A DNA stretch of 64,000 nt from Chiloscyllium plagiosum (lineage: Eukaryota), in assembly GCF_004010195.1 (NCBI RefSeq), contig NC_057719.1, positions 53,439,282-53,503,281 of the forward strand, read 5' to 3'. Within the stretch, counting starts at the first letter, position 1. The number at the start of each line of letters is the position of its first letter. A program made the translations under genes and the position numbers. The notes under the pieces are model-generated. The model did no database searches and had not been told where the DNA came from. It saw only the letters and a program-made list of their open reading frames with translations. This document shows positions 62,185-64,000 of the stretch, one piece after another.

Positions 62185-62257
62185 AGAGTCACAGAATCAT
62201 GGAGTCATAGAGATGTACAGCACAGACACAGACCCTTCAGTCCAACTTGTCCATGCC
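62185..62257 (-). mobile_element. CR1 3' tail fragment
   Basis: AGAGTCACAGAATCATGGAGTCATAGAGATGTACAGCACAG...GACCCTTCAGTCCAAC. Confidence 0.85.
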
Positions 62258-63934
62258 CGTGCCATAAAATGCATTGCTGTTGATTTTTTTCTGTTGCGGA
62301 TGTTTTGATAATTCCTATGAGCTATCATGTTCAGGTAGATGGATTTTTGTTAAGCAAAAGTTGAAATGTTATTGGTGGAAACACAGATTTGAGGTTAGAA
62401 TCTGAGCAGGCTCCTGTTCCACTTTCTGTGTGAGTTCGTGTTGATAGCTTCTCATGACTTTTCAATGTATGTGAACACAGTCACAAAACAATATGTTTCT
62501 TACTTAGTTCTGCAGTTCAGTATTTTCAAGTTTCAATATTTCAACAACTACTGCAATGTAAATGTAATTTAAACAAACCTTAGGATGATTTTTGGAGGAG
62601 TTATTCATTTAAAAATAAATACTGACAAAAAAAAATCTGAGTTAAAGTCATGTCCAGATCTTCATGGTTTGAGGTAGGACAGGCCTGAGGTACCAAATGA
62701 CTTTCTTCAATTGCATTAGTCTTGATTTTCATTGACTTCAGTGACATTTTATGAGTTTTTAATACCGATAAACATTGGACACTGAAGTGTAACCTTCAAA
62801 ATTTCAGGAAGTGAATCATGGCGATTTTACATCTGAAAGAAAAAACCTCTTAAACTAAAAAGAGAAATGTAACAATGGAAGGATTTAAGGAGAGATCTCA
62901 GGGTATTTGCCCAGATGGCTGAAGATAATTACAGAAGCTACAGATGTCACTGGAGTGGTATCTACATCAGGCTGTGTTTGGTAACAGTAGTTTAATAGAT
63001 CGTGGAGTTGGAGAATCAATCATAGGTCAGAATCATTGAGTCTATGCATCCTACTAGGGGGAAAAGTTGTCACCAAGACAGACAAAAGCATTTTAACCGT
63101 ATTACAATCAATCTAATTGACTTTCACATAAACAAAGCAGCAATTTCTTTATTCTTATCAGCAATTTTCTGTGCAATAGTCATATCTGGATGTGCTCAGC
63201 AAGGGGGAGTACTTGTTATGAATAGGAATTGAGCTTCAAGACATTTTTTAAAAATCTGTGCACTGAAAGTCATTTGATTGAAAACATTTGGCAGATTATT
63301 TTTGTCTTTCTTATGTGTAAGATTACTCTAGATGCTTGTCATAATGGTGATGACAAATTGCAAGACCAATAATGTACAAGTTCTGTATTCCAATAGGAAG
63401 TCTTTTATATTATGACTTTCTGATTTAAGTGAGAAAAGATGAAGAATAAAGGAATGATTTTACCGTGAGGCAGATTGTTCACATCAATATTACCCATAAA
63501 CCTGCATTAATGGCTGAATATCCGATGACCATAATCAAGGTAATATCAGAATTGTACCAACTGCATGCTATAAAGTGACACCCAGCTAAACACAGCCACA
63601 AGCTGTCAATGTTTGCACAGAACTACGTTTGTAGACCTGTATTTATTTCAGAGTTACCTGTGGGTTCAAGAGATGAAATTTGGAGAAGTTTTGACAGTTT
63701 TCCTTAGAGAAAAAAAGGCTAAGAGGATATCTGTTTGAAGTTTTCAAAATCATGAGGGGTCTTCACAGAATAGGTGAGGAAAACTGTTTCTGCTTTTAAG
63801 AGAAACAAGAACCAAAAACCAAATATTTTGCAAATGAAGCAACTGCATGGTTCGGAAAAAAAAACACTTCATACAGTAAGTGGTTCAGGCTTAGAAAGTA
63901 CTTACTTCAATTGTGATGAAGGCAGGTTTCTCAA

Positions 63935-64000
63935 GTCACAGATTCATACAGATGCACAGCATGGAAACAGACCCTTTGGTCCAACATACCTATTCTGACC
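63935..64000 (-). mobile_element. CR1 3' tail (continues past window)
   Basis: GATGCACAGCATGGAAACAGACCCTTTGGTCCAAC. Confidence 0.8.

Noticed and set aside
1..64000. Host protein-coding exons, CRISPR arrays or prokaryote-style systems
   Set aside because: No regularly spaced repeat-spacer array or operon-like ORFs, and no splice-bounded exon I could support. Small exons could still be missed without RNA-seq.

Overview
Eukaryotic, repeat-dense, non-genic DNA (intron or intergenic) from a cartilaginous fish. The shark/ray assignment is inferred from HE1-type SINEs paired with CR1/HER1-type LINE 3' ends. I found no intact host gene, RNA gene or CRISPR array; ORF-track entries are decayed transposon frames, N-gap artefacts or random ORFs. 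Contents: (1) many CR1 LINE copies, including near-full-length ones at 28100-32210 (+) and 50447-55270 (-) and a 5' half at 87-3825 (-); (2) five HE1-type tRNA-derived SINEs; (3) two related solo LTRs nested in CR1s; (4) fossil Harbinger/PIF transposase and Myb/SANT genes; (5) Penelope-like element (PLE) RT/GIY-YIG fragments plus short palindromic PLE-end elements with minimal hammerhead-ribozyme-like cores and long TSDs; (6) a single-ORF CR1/L2-group LINE with a tRNA-like (Pol III A/B box) 5' head and a matching bipartite SINE. Best leads: the hammerhead palindromes (one enclosing about 245 bp of foreign DNA inside one TSD), the tRNA-headed LINE/SINE pair, a circularly permuted 1.4-kb block at 34537-35913, and an isolated PLE N-terminal fragment with a 12-bp TSD. 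Family names come from motif recognition by eye, not database searches. Boundaries are approximate unless a TSD is quoted.
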